Shown piece after piece: positions 12,521-24,300 of a stretch of 64,000 nucleotides of DNA. The stretch lies in assembly GCA_036172245.1 (NCBI GenBank), contig JAYWIR010000020.1:3348001-3412000 (forward strand), given 5' to 3'. The DNA is from Raillietiella orientalis (Eukaryota). Within the stretch, counting starts at the first letter, position 1. Each line of letters starts with the position of its first letter. Made by a program: the position numbers and the translations under genes. The notes beneath the pieces are model-generated. The model ran no database searches. It had not been told where the DNA came from and saw only the letters and a list, made by a program, of their open reading frames with translations.

Positions 12521-14029
12521 TCTAGGAAGACGGGGACGTGTGCACGTGCTCGAGGAAGATGAGCACTCGGCACGCCAAGTGCTCATTGCCTGCGTCACTG
12601 ATGTGGGGAGAGATGCTTGCGGGTGAGTCGCGTGCTCACCCGCAAGTATCTCCACCCGCGGGGGAGGTTCACAGGTGTATACAGGTGCCCTCATCACGTG
12701 TGTTCGGCACGCGCGCGCACGGGAAAAAGTCAAGCGCGCTCTCATACCAGACGAGGAAAAACACGCACGCATGTCTGACACTGAACATGTGTACATGCAC
12801 CGTGTACGCATGAAACATGTAATTATTGCGTCACACCATATTCCTTTCCGATAAACGCATCGTTAATCTAATTCGAAACGAGCAGGTCGCGTCAGAGCTA
12901 TTAATAAGCACCGAATAGGCAACGCCAAGCGAAACACCGGATGCCACGAGTACGAACCGGGACGGAGGAACCAGCAACCAGCAGCAACGGTCGCTAGGAG
13001 ACGATCGCGCGTGCGGCAAACCGGCGCGAACCGATGGTTGCGGCTCGGCTCAGTTCGAGAGGGTGGGGAAGGGCGCCGCCAACCCCATCCGCCACGAGCG
13101 CCACCGCGAGGTGGCGGACCCCATGCGCGCAACCATCGATCCTTCGCGGCCATACTGGGGCGCCCTCCGCGGAAAATTGGGCCTAGGAAGGGCGCCGAGA
13201 ACTTTCGACGGGGACAGGTGAGCTCTCCCCGGGTCTCGCGAGGACGAGCTCAGCCGGCCGCTGAGCAGCCTGCTGCTGGCTTCGGACAGCTCTTGCCAGG
13301 CGGAGCACCCACCGGCTACAGGCAAGCACCAGGCAAACCCCTCTCTCGCTTGCCGTCGCCGGCAACAGGAAGAGGCTGAAAGGTTTCCAAGAGAACGAGA
13401 GAAAGCACTTGGGCTCGACTGCCCGTAAGCAGGGAGCGGCGAACCTGGGGTTGCCGGTCGCCAGCCGAAAACTCCCAGGGCAACCCCGTGGGCGAAGGTC
13501 TCAGCAGGCGGTGAGCTCGAAGAGTGGCCAGCGAGAGGTGTTGGCAGCATCCGGAGACGCCCCTCCCCCCTGCGCGCAGAGGGAGCTCCCGAGAGCGAGA
13601 GGCTTCAGTTTTCGGTGGTCGCCATCGCAACTTGCCGAACGTCGCGAAACGGAGCTGCTGCGAGTTCCGGAGGGGAGAGAGAGGGCCAACTGGCAAAAGC
13701 AGACGACGGACGAACCCCCCCCCCCCCCCCAATCTCCTTTGCTTTCCTTTTCCTTCTTTTTCCCTTTTCCTTCGCCGATGTGCTTCCGGTTTGCTCGCAA
13801 CGTGCGTGCGGACAGCCCAAGGGACGCAGGGCGCTCCGCCGCCGTCGATCGCAGCGACGCACCGGCGCTTGCGCGGTCCACTTCTTGGAGCGGCACACTT
13901 TCGTCGGACCTCACGGCGGCCTCCTGCAAAGACGTGACCGTCACGCAAAGAACACACACGCAGAAGCTCCGGCGCATCGAAACAGAAAGAACCGTGGATT
14001 TTAAAATTAACACCACCATTCTTCAGTAT

Positions 14030-14360
14030 ATTAACACCTATATACGCGTTCATATTAGCACCACCTATATATATATATATATATACGAACGTGTGTATAT
14101 AGGTGTCAATAAAATGAAATATATATATATATATACTGAAATAAATATGAATATATATATGAACATATGTATATACATATATATACTAAAACACATAGGA
14201 ACGTGTATGGACACATATATACAGAAATAAACTGAAATATGTATGAATGAATATATGTAAACATATGTGTATATATATACATACATATGCTGAAATAAAC
14301 TGCAACATATAGAAATGTGTATGAACACATACATATGTTCACGTACATTGGTATGTATAT
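14030..14360. repeat. Degenerate (TA)n / TATG-rich low-complexity tract
   Basis: Directly visible. Confidence 0.9.
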
Positions 14361-14659
14361 CAGTTTATCACGGAAGCTGGACAAAAGGAGTCAGCAAGGG
14401 AGTCTGCACGAAGGCACCACGCATCCGCTGCTCGGGTCGGCATGGCGTGTCGTCCGGCTGCGCCCCGTTACCTTGGCGTGGATGAGAACGAGGGTTTTTT
14501 GCCCGCTTTCGTTTCGGATGTAAAAACAGCATGCGCCCGGGGAGCGGGCACCCCCCGCGGGAGCGCAGCTTGGTCTAGCTCTCCCTTCCCGGCAAGGATG
14601 CCTCCTTCCCCTTTTCAGAGAATCTTTCTCCTACCATGGGAGGGTGCCGCTTGGATGAT

Positions 14660-14745
14660 CACCCGGGTGCGCCGGGGAGTTTCTTTCATGTAAAAAGAAA
14701 CACTCACAACCTCTGTGGTTGGACCAGTGGTCCAACCGCGCCCTT
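14660..14745 (-). repeat. Tx1-like 3' region, copy 3, with inverted repeat
   Basis: GGTTGGACCA-G-TGGTCCAACC at 14717-14737, then on the minus strand aagaaactccccggcgcacccgggtg. Confidence 0.7.
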
Positions 14746-15230
14746 TTTCAGGATAAAGCTGCCGAGTTGCAGGCACGCAGAGCAGTGAAGTCCTCCTCGG
14801 CAGCAGCAGGGAGAGGACAAGCAAAAGAAAAAAAAAGAAAAATCCCGCGTAGGCAGCAGAGGGCTGCTAGCAAGGCTGCCGGTCGAAGTGCGCAGCCTAG
14901 GAGGAAGGGTCGTAAAGCGTCCCTGGAGTTGCCGCGGGAGGTTTCAAGGGTCGCAGCAAAGCGTTCCCAGAGGGGCCGGAGGTCAACGCAATCCACCAGC
15001 AGGTGCGGAAGGGATTCAAGCTCCCCACACCTGCCACAGTTGGGACCCCCAACTGTGGCAGGTGCCCAGTTGGGGTGCTCCAACGGCCCAGTGATACCGG
15101 CGGGCGTTGCACGGGAGGTTCCAGTGCAACAGCAGCAGCGCCGACCCCTGCCAATTCAAAGGGAGGGCATGGGTGTTCCGGTGCACTGGGGGCCAATGAA
15201 GGTCTTCATCAGGGATGCCAAGTAGCACGT
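14745..15230 (-). mobile_element. Tx1-like ORF2 C-terminal remnant (frameshifted)
   Basis: LLGIPDEDLHWP...LPLNWQGSALLLLHW and PNCGRCGELESLPHLLVDCVDLRPLWERF in two frames. Confidence 0.85.
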
Positions 15231-15249
15231 CTCAGAGCAAAAGTCCTCG

Positions 15250-16400
15250 GGATTGCAGCGTCCTCTTCTCATTTCGGAGATTTGCCGCAAGGCTGCCTCT
15301 CATGTGCTCCCTCAGGTAGGGGGAGGAGGAGAGCTGCCTGCGTTGTCGATGCGACGGCCGACGACGACGATGGGAGTGAGCGCAGTAGCAGGAATTTCGG
15401 ACACTCGGCCTGCGGCTCCGGACGGCCGCGACCGCGATGGGACGTGACGGGAGTTCCGTCTCATCCCGAAGAGAAGGAAAAGCACCGGAGGCGGGGCGAT
15501 CGGGCCCGAGGATTGCGGCCTCCCCGATTCTTCCGGCGGTGACCCGAGCGCCCCGTGCGTCTAGCAAAAACGAAGGGCAGAGGGGTGGGACTGGGGGCTG
15601 CTCCAGCGCCAGAGCCGCTCGCAGGCTCGCGACGGCGCACCGAAACAGACCCGACCCGAAGCGGAGGACCCGGAGGGGCCAAGGGCTCGGAGCCCTTCGG
15701 GCAGCCAGTCCGCATCCTGGAGGGGAGTCTGAAGCATCGCGGGCAGTTGCGTCCAAGAGGAACACGTGACGGAAAGTCCTCGCCTGCAGGAGCGCCGGCC
15801 GCTCCTGCATCCCCCTCACCGACGACAAGACTCGGAGGTCAGCGCGCAGCTCGGTCAGCCTCAGGGCTCGATCTGGGCACCCTGCAACGGCGAACCCGGA
15901 GCTACGGGGGCGGAGAGACTGCTGCGCCATCCGACTGGCCCACGTGACTGCGCTGAACCGGATCTTCCGGAGGTGCTCAGGACTGCGACGGGTTCAGGGA
16001 AGGCGCCGACGGGGGCGGCGGCTATCCAGCCGACCTCGGGACGGTGCCACAGAGCGAGGTGCCCCCTGTGTGAGAGAGGCCGCGCCTGAGAGAGTCTGGC
16101 GCAGGGACTCCCTCTGAGATTCGCCTCCCGGATGCTGCCGTCGCCGCCTCCGGGGCGCCCCGCTCCACCACGGTTGCCGCCTGGGGCTGCTGAGGTGCGG
16201 GGCGGAGGGGTCCCGGCGAAAGCCCAGGGCGTCCTCCTCCGGAGGCACGATCCCTGCGGGGGAGCCACGAAGCGAGGGGACGGTGGTGGGAAGAGGTCCT
16301 CAGGGAGCGGCAGGCCCCTCCGAGCCGCGCCCCCCGGTCCGGGAGCACGGTTGGGTGTGGGCGGAGCGAACTTGGCGGAGGGGTCGCCGCCGCCCCTTCG
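15250..16400 (-). mobile_element. ORF1-like remnant directly upstream of the ORF2 C-terminal remnant
   Basis: LSQARPLSHRGHLAL and GMQERPALLQARTFRHVFLL...SPPGCGL match the motifs of the 2117..2575 ORF. Confidence 0.55.
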
Positions 16401-19400
16401 TTCCCACGGGGGACGGGCGGAAGAGCCCCTGGGCGGCACCCTGGCGGTCGCGGAGGCGGGGAAGGAGAGGAGCAGTTTCGCGGACGCCCCCTCCCTCCTT
16501 CCCCGTGGTCCCTTCCGGAGGTCGGTCGGTGCTCCCGAGCCGCAGCCTGCGGGCGAGGAAGACAGCGGGCGCAAGCCGCCGGCGCCTGAGCGCCCGCGGT
16601 CGGTAGGGAGGTGCTGCCGCGCTCCTCGCAGGGTCCGCCGACCTGCCGGGGGGGGTGACCTCGTGCCGGCGGCCGCCCAAGCAGGGCCGCTCCCATTTCC
16701 GGAAGGCAAGGGCGGCTTCCGGGAAGCCGGGGACTGGAGGCAGCCCGAGGGTGCACTCCTTCCTGGGTGGCGAGAGAGGAAGGGAGGGGGGGGGTGAGCG
16801 TCTTCACGCGCACGACCTCTGCCCTCCGCCTCGGGTCGGCGGGCGCAGACGGGGACACAGCAACCGGGGGGCGCCCAGAGGGGCAACACGATCCCCCTCA
16901 GGCAGAGGTTCCTCCGGAGGTCTGCACAAGTGGTCCTCGACCGCCCAGGCCTGCGGGTTGGACGAGCCTGGGGTTGCCCGTGTCCCTGTGCAGGAGCTGC
17001 GTGGTTCTGCCTCGGGCGGTGCCCGCGCCCCTCCCTGAAAGCGTCCCCCGGCAATCCCCGTCGTCCCTTCCAGTCCGAGCGCGGGCCCGCAACCCCGAGA
17101 GGGTTGGAGGACGGTCCCGCGGCCTGTAGTTTCTGGAGAGCGGCCACAGCTCCCTCCCCTTGGGGCCGGCAGGATGGCGAGTCTGGCGCAGGTGGGAGGA
17201 TGCAGACTGAACGAGGCAGGCCTCAGGGACAAGTGGGAGGCGCGGCGCCAGCCTTCTTGCGCTCCTGAGAGGGGCAAGCGCGACCCACCCGCTGGGGTGG
17301 GGACGGGTGGAGTGGGTGTATCTGCTTCGAGGGGCAGTGCCCCCTGCGGGATGCAGTTTTTCCCCCCTCCCTTCCCCGCTCTTGCGGAACGCGCCCAGTC
17401 CGGAGGTCCGTCCTTGGAGGCGGTAGTGGTTTCCCGGGAGACGAGAACGACCCTAGGGTGCGCACCTTCTCGTGGGCGTTAGCGCCGCTCCAGGAGCTGC
17501 CCACTCTCTGCCGCCAACCCACCCACCACGTAGAGAGGTCCCTTCCCTCCCCTATCCGCTCGCCCAGAGAATCCCGGATCCCCGTGCGATCGCAGGTCCC
17601 TCCGGGAGGAGGCGAGTTGAGAGGCGACGACGACGACGCTTCCTCTCGTTGGGTGCTCCCCGCCCCCTTTCCAGTACTCTGAAGCGTTTCTTGGCAGAGC
17701 GGCAGCCACGACGAGCCACCGCTTCTTATATGCGACAGCCGCGTGGGTGCAACGGACATCAACGGCAACGGATTTTCCTCTTTTCCTGTCTCTCTCTTTT
17801 TGTGCGCGTGTGTGTGTTTGTCCTGCTTCTCACTGGTGCGTGCTGCGATAGGTTCTCGAAATGCAAAGAGGGAAAGGATGCTGCCTGTCAGCATGCACCA
17901 CCAGCCACTCGCGCCGCCGACGATCTCTTTTCTCGTCGGCTCACATACGTGCGCATACACCGCCATCTTTTTTTAAAAGTGGGAAACCTCGAGTCGCGAA
18001 AAACGCTGCTGCCGGGTATTACATTCACTCGCGGCACGTGTTTTGCGAAGTGCGTGCGCATCACTGATGAAGAGAGAGCACCATCCGGCCGGGAGAGAAC
18101 GAGAAAGCGATCCTTTTCGTAGCTTCCGTTCGCGTTTCACTTCTTTCCGTGCCAAAGGGCGCCGCTGAGATCGGTGTGAAGCGCCGCTCGAAGCGCCGCC
18201 TCGTGGGAGGCGAGAGAAACGAACGGGAGCGCGGCGGTCTCGTGGGTGACGACAGGTTGCGGTCCGCGGTCGTTGGAGTCGCCGCCGCCCAGCGGAAGCG
18301 CCGCGGGCGCCACGAACGCTCGCGTCCCCAGCCCCCCCCCCCTTCAGTCTCCCAACCAGAGATCCCCCCCCTCCCTACACGGCGTGCGCGCTCGTGGTAC
18401 GTGCCTGCGCGCACACGAGCGAACGTTCCCGAATTCACCTCTTCGATCAAAATCACCACTTGCGCGTGTGCTCAACTGTGCTCGCCTCGCTAATTAACCT
18501 GATTGATTGTGGTGGCTGCCTTTTGAGTGTTACGCGAAGATTCTCTTGCGTACTGTATCCATAAATAACGACCTTTAAACTGACTTGGCGACAACTTGTA
18601 GAGCGTGGTGACCGACAAAAAAGACTTCCAACTGCAAAGGTTTGCACTCGCAAGAAAAGTCTAGCGGGAGGAGGTGAAAGAAGAAGAAAAAAAAAAAATG
18701 AAAGGAGACTTCTTGTGGTGGCTGAGCGTTCAACGGCATTCTTATGCAACACAAAGCACACACAAATTGAAAAGGTGTATTTCGTCTGATTTGCTCCAGC
18801 AGTTCCCTCATCCCCGAGGAATGTACGGAACCCAAGATGATCCGACGTGCACATGCATGGGGGAGGGGTGGGGGGGGGCGAGTTGATGTTCGGCAGTTGG
18901 CGCTGGGACTCGCTGGGGAACCTATCCATGCCATCGTGGGGAGCACACCGTACGAGCCGAACACTCAGAAATCATCGAATGGCGGTGGTGCCCTCTGCGA
19001 TGCGCGCAGTCTGGGTTGTTCGTCTGGGCGTGCACTTCTGACATTTGCAGAGGCCAGATGAACACTTGTGTCTCGGCAATCATTCCCACGAGGAAACAAA
19101 GCTGAAATCATGGGAAACCGCTGGAGATGTTGCCACCCCCGGGAGTTATCTTCGCTGTTCATTTTCCTGTCCTGCTTCGAAAAAGAATCGAAGGTCTTCT
19201 TAATCTATTAGGTCCCCCCCCCCCCCCCCCTATTTTTCCTCCTTTCTTCGACCATAAAGATGTCGAACACTTAAGGCACAAAGGCCCTCCCGACTCCTTT
19301 CCTGCCTGGCACTCGGTGAACGTCGTGCGATGTAGCAAGTGGGATTACCGGTCCCGAAACCGACGCGATGGTGGGCCGTGACATCTTTCTGGTGGATTCC

Positions 19401-21559
19401 CTTGCCGGTAAATCTTTTCTGGAAATAATTTTCTTTTTCGATTTGTCCTTTTGAATACAATGTGAGAAGGAAAAGGGGAGGGGGATCCTTTCCAAGTGGA
19501 TCGGAACACCACTGGCCACATCGCCACGTAATAAATTTGATCCTCGATCGTCGATCCTCGAGATTCACTCACTCGTGTTTTTTGTTGTTTTTTCTCACAG
19601 GTTGATCCCGGACTGCAAGTCCCATTGCAGGACAATTCTCGAAACATCCAGGCCTTGGCACTTCGTCGCAGAATCGCTGCTGCTGTTGCCTGGGGAACCG
19701 AGTCGCCCACGTGAATGCATTGTTTCGGAGCCCGCTTACGTAACAATGAGCGATGTGGATGCGCAGGAAGCGTCTCAGGTGTGACGCTAGCCGAGGAAAG
19801 GAAGGCGCCGCCGGGTGGCGCCTTCCCTTGCTTCCCCGATGCATGCTGGCGCCCGGAGACGAGGTGCCACTCGTGAAACTTCCATCCCGAAGGATCGGGG
19901 GAGAAAAAGAAAAAAAGGAGGAGGGATCCGTTTCGGCGAATGACCCTTTCTTGCACATCTAAATGCGCAGGTCCCGCGTGGGGCGCACGACGGCTAACAC
20001 GTCCTTTCCATCCTTTCCTTCTTTTTTTTTTTTTTCGGACGTTGTAGGGCCGATGGCCCTACACATGTATGTTTGTGCAAATGAAGGCCCCGGAGCACCC
20101 GGGTGTGAACGACGGCTAACACGCGATCGAAGCTCGCGAGTGAGCGGGTTCGAAAGGAGCATCCGTGCAATTTCCTGCTTGTTTGTGACCTCAGTTTTTC
20201 CGGGAATGCTCTCACCTGCGGGTTGGGCATGTCACACAACATTCGGGAACTGTTGGACACTTGGTGAAAACAAAAGAGTGCCGGGGGGAGCAAGAGTTCA
20301 GCTGGCGGGGAACGGGAGATCCAGGGATTGAATTTTCACGTTGAGAAATGACTGGGATTCGTGTGCAAGAAATGCCTGTCCCGTACATGTCCTCTCTTCT
20401 CCTCCTCCTTGTTCTTCGCTTCTCGATCTTATTTCGGGAGCTAAACATTTTTATGTTGGGGAAGCGGAGCTCCCGCCCAGTGAGCTTTTCGAGCGCGCGC
20501 AGACCCTTGCGTAGCCCGACCCTTCGGCAGATTTTCATGTCCTCCGAAGACAAGCAGACGAAGATTACGAATTCGCTGAGGAGGGAATAATAGAAAAGAA
20601 TGTAGTCGGGAGGAAAAGGAGCAGATTTCCACTCGCCGTCGCACAAAGGGAGGCTATTGAGTTGCGTGGCATCGCCCTCCAGCTTCCCCGTTTCAGGTGC
20701 GCCCGTCGGGTTGTTTGCGAGGAAGTCCTTTCATTCTCTCCTTACACGCATTCCGCGGGAAAGACATCCCGGTCCTTTGTCAGGGGAGAGGCGTGTGTGT
20801 GGAGTCCCTTCCTTGGCGGCTCCCAAGTCAGCCAGACGCAATCGCTTCAAGGCTGATTGCGGAGACGTCACGGGTCCACGAGACGCGCAGGGGAGGCTGC
20901 GTGTCTCCATCCGAAGGCGTGAGGCCACTGGGACCGTGGGTTCTTTTTTTTTTTTTTTTCCTTCTTCCATGTGGACTTCCCGACGATCGAGAGGTTTCTC
21001 CGTGCACACTAACAGATGGCAGCGGGGGCGTTCGATCGTTCCACGTGACGAATCCAACGTTTCCCTGGCGGTTTCCCTAGACGTGACGGTCTTCGAGGAG
21101 GAGGAGGTGGGGGACCCTGGACCATCGCAATCTTTCAATAGATCCGCCTGGAGCGTTGCGCCTTCGGTCCGCATCCGGTTGAAGGAAGACGTGGGGGAGG
21201 AAGGGAGGAGGAGGTGAGAGCGGAAGGGTGAACGAGGACGGAGAGAAGGACCAAGCGGAAGCCGAGGGCGGTAGGAAACAGCGCGTCCCGGAGCCGCCAG
21301 GAGGGTGGAAGAGAGGAGGAGAGGCCGGCAGCCTGGTCGGCTCCTTCGGGTCTTCAAGCCGGTCGCGTCGGGGGGGGGGGGGGGAGGGAGGCGTCTCGGA
21401 GGGCCAGCCGACCCTACACGCAGGGAATTGGTTCACGAACATCCCATGCTGTTTCCCCTCCCCAAATGAACGCAGTGGGACTGCGGGCCCTCCCACGTCC
21501 GCACGGACTTGGAGGTCGCCAAGATGCTGGCACGCGGATCGGGAGGCGGGCAAACGAAA

Positions 21560-22910
21560 GAAAAAGGCAAAATGAAAAATAAATAAAGGAATAAATAGAG
21601 TACATAAGTGAAGTTTTAGGGGAGTGGTTGGCTCGGGAAGTAATCCCAGTCGATATCCGTGTTCTCTCCCGGGGCATTTCTCGCAACGGGTGAACGCACA
21701 AGGGCAGTGGTAGGGCTGTCGCCTCCGGCCACGTGGTCCGCTGACCCTACGAGCCTGTCGAGGTGCCGCTGCATGGAACGCCGAGGGTAGCCCCGGCAGC
21801 AGAGGGGGGAGGGGGGGAAGCAAGTACTCTGAGTGGGTGGAGATCTCTGCCCGACTCGGGGCGTCCATCCGAGGACGCCGGCGAGTCCGTGGGCCACCCG
21901 CTTCCCGGATGGGACCACCCCAAGGGTCGGGCCGCAAAGTGGACGGCGTCCCCATCGTCCCCTCTGGCGCTGCCTGGAGCGCTGCCGCGATCCCTCGGAG
22001 GCAGCGGGGAGCTGCCTCCGGGGACGCGGCTGACGGCAGGGCGTTGCGCGTGAAGAGGCGCCTCCGAGGTTGCCGTTGGGAGAGGGGTTGGGGGAAAACC
22101 GGGGTCGCGCGGCGAAACATCCCTACGGCGGGGGCAGGAAGAGTCCCGCTCTTCGTGACTGCTGCAGCTCGGGCGGCTTTCCCACCACCCTGGCGCCCGG
22201 CAACGACGTTGGCGGCCGCTTAGCATGCGAGACCCCGGTGCAGCAGCGGGGACGCTGCCGACTCCTCCCACTCCAGAAGGGGACGGGGAACGAGGTCGTT
22301 CTGGAGAGTTAGGGGTCACTGAAGGCCTTCCCGGGGAGTCCCTATCGCGAGAACCCCTTCGGTGCGGCAACTGAGGGGGAGGGGAGAGAGGAAGGCGCGC
22401 GCGACTTCCCCGTCGCGTGGACGCAGGCAGAAGGCCCCTATCCGGATCCTCTCCGGGACGCAGGAAAGAGAAACGAGCGGAAGGATACGAGGGGCCGCTG
22501 GTCAACCGGGGAGGGATCTGCGTGCAAGGAGGTCAGGTCACCGTGGGAAGCAGAAGGCCGTCCTCACGTCCGAGCGCTCGGTCCCGGGAAGGGAGGAGCG
22601 CTCAACGGGCTAAGGCTCTCTCCCATCCCGGCTGCCGCCCCTCCCGGAAGACCTCCTAGGGAGGGAGAGGATGCGCTAGCGCCCTCCCCCGGAAACCTGC
22701 ACGCTGGAGGGGAGGAGCGACCGCGACCTTCTGCCCGCGCGGCTTGACCTCTCCCTTCCGTCTTCCGGAGGTCAGACGGATGTGGAAGTGAAGAGTCGGG
22801 GGGCCTTGAGGGCGGGGAGTCCCATCTGCTCCAGTCGCCCCCTTGCCGGCACTCTTCTGGGGCCCCGAGCGCGATAGCCGTCACGTTGGAGGTCACCTCC
22901 TCGACGCTGA
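21560..22910 (-). mobile_element. ORF1-like remnant + ORF2 C-terminal/3' end + T-rich tail
   Basis: VTAIALGAPEEC, LFTST, VERSSLPG, degenerate knuckle (SCRTEG.LA) at about 22335-22375. Then LCCRG, DSPT and gactgggattacttcccg, followed by a TTTA-rich tail. Confidence 0.5.
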
Positions 22911-22949
22911 CCACCTCCGTAGCGCCAACTCACCGAGTCCCGGACCCTC

Positions 22950-23290
22950 CCTCTTCCCCCTGGCTCCCGCAGAACAACTCGACCCTCTCTGCGCGCCGGG
23001 ATCCCCCGGGGCAACTCCAGGAGGGACCCTCGCCGCGCGCGCGCGCCCTTCCTGGGCTGCTAGGGAGGGTAGGCGCCGGGAGAGCAACCCGAAAAACTCT
23101 CTGCAGTTCTCCTTGCCCCCCTCTCGTGGGGGGCGGCTCGTCGGCCGATCTGGGGACCCAGTGCGAAGGCAGGCACCGCCATCTGAGGGCGAGGATCTCT
23201 GACCCGGGGCTACTTCCAATTAGCACCGCCCTCTAGCCCCTTCCTCCCCCACGGACGGGTCGATTTATTCTATTTATTTATTTATTCGTG
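22950..23290 (+). mobile_element. 3'-end remnant of the same family with (TATT)n tail
   Basis: cccagtgcga...ggatctctgacccggggctacttcc and tatttatttatttatt resemble the reverse complement of 21570-21695. Confidence 0.4.
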
Positions 23291-23399
23291 TCTGAAACGG
23301 GTTCCCCGGATCTCCCTTCGCCTCCAATTTCTGCCTGCCCTCCGAACCTGCGTCCTGCTGGGAGAGGCGGCTGACCTCACGTCACGCTCCTCGCTGTGT

Positions 23400-24300
23400 T
23401 TATTTATATCACCAATAAATAATTCACTTACAATTTATTTACTATTTCCCCCCCCCCTTCTCGCTTGGCGCCGCCTCGAGGGACTTCCGGGTCCGCACGC
23501 GGCCCCGAGGCCTCGCACATGAGGCGACGCCGACCCTTCGGCGCCGGGCCTTCCCGTGCAGCGCACGGCTGAAGGGGGGGAGCTGCCTCGGGTCGAACGG
23601 CAGGTCGGATCTGACTCTCCCCTGCCGCCGGGCTGCGCGCCCACCAGCGAGGACGCGAGGAGCCTGCCGGGGTAGCACTTGCAGGGCCGGAAGGAGCCCC
23701 TCCTCCCGCCCGGATGGGACGCTGCCCGGGGCAACGATCGCACCGTTCCTGGTCATGCGGAGGGCCATGCCGCCACAGCCCGCGTGGCAGCCCCAAAGAG
23801 ACCCCCAGTCCAGTGGCTCCCGCCCGCTCCTCGCGCCAGCTGCGCTTGCCCCCCCGCAGCCGGGCGGGGGAGAATCCGGAGCCGGCAAGGTGCGCGCGGC
23901 AGCTTCTCCGCTGCTGACCCGGAGGGAGGGGCTGCGGACGGACGGGAGAGTGGAAGACTCCCGACCGGGACCTGCCCGACCTGGCAGCGCCGCTGCGGAG
24001 CGAGACGACCGTCTCCAAGCAACCTGGCAAGAGGCGAGGGCGGAGTCCCGCTCGGGACGCTCTCTGGAAGAGAATGGGGGGGGGGGGGAGACGCGCAGCA
24101 CCGCTCGGCGAGTTGAGGAAACGCTGGAGCTGCCCCCCAGGCAAGAGTCCTCCTCAAGGTCCTGCCATCCCGAAGGCGGACGGAGGGACAAACTTCAGGC
24201 CTGGCGCCCCGGAAGTCGACCCTGCGGCGCTCGAGGGCAAGACCGTCCGCAAGACCTGCGGGCGAGGAGCAGCCATCGGGCAAGCGGGGGATTGGAGGGA
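23400..24300 (-). mobile_element. ORF1-like remnant
   Basis: VDFRGARPEV motif, knuckle-like PCKCYPGRLLA, AT-rich end. Confidence 0.35.

Noticed and set aside
14065..14384. Y/I-rich ORFs
   Set aside because: Translation of a TA microsatellite.
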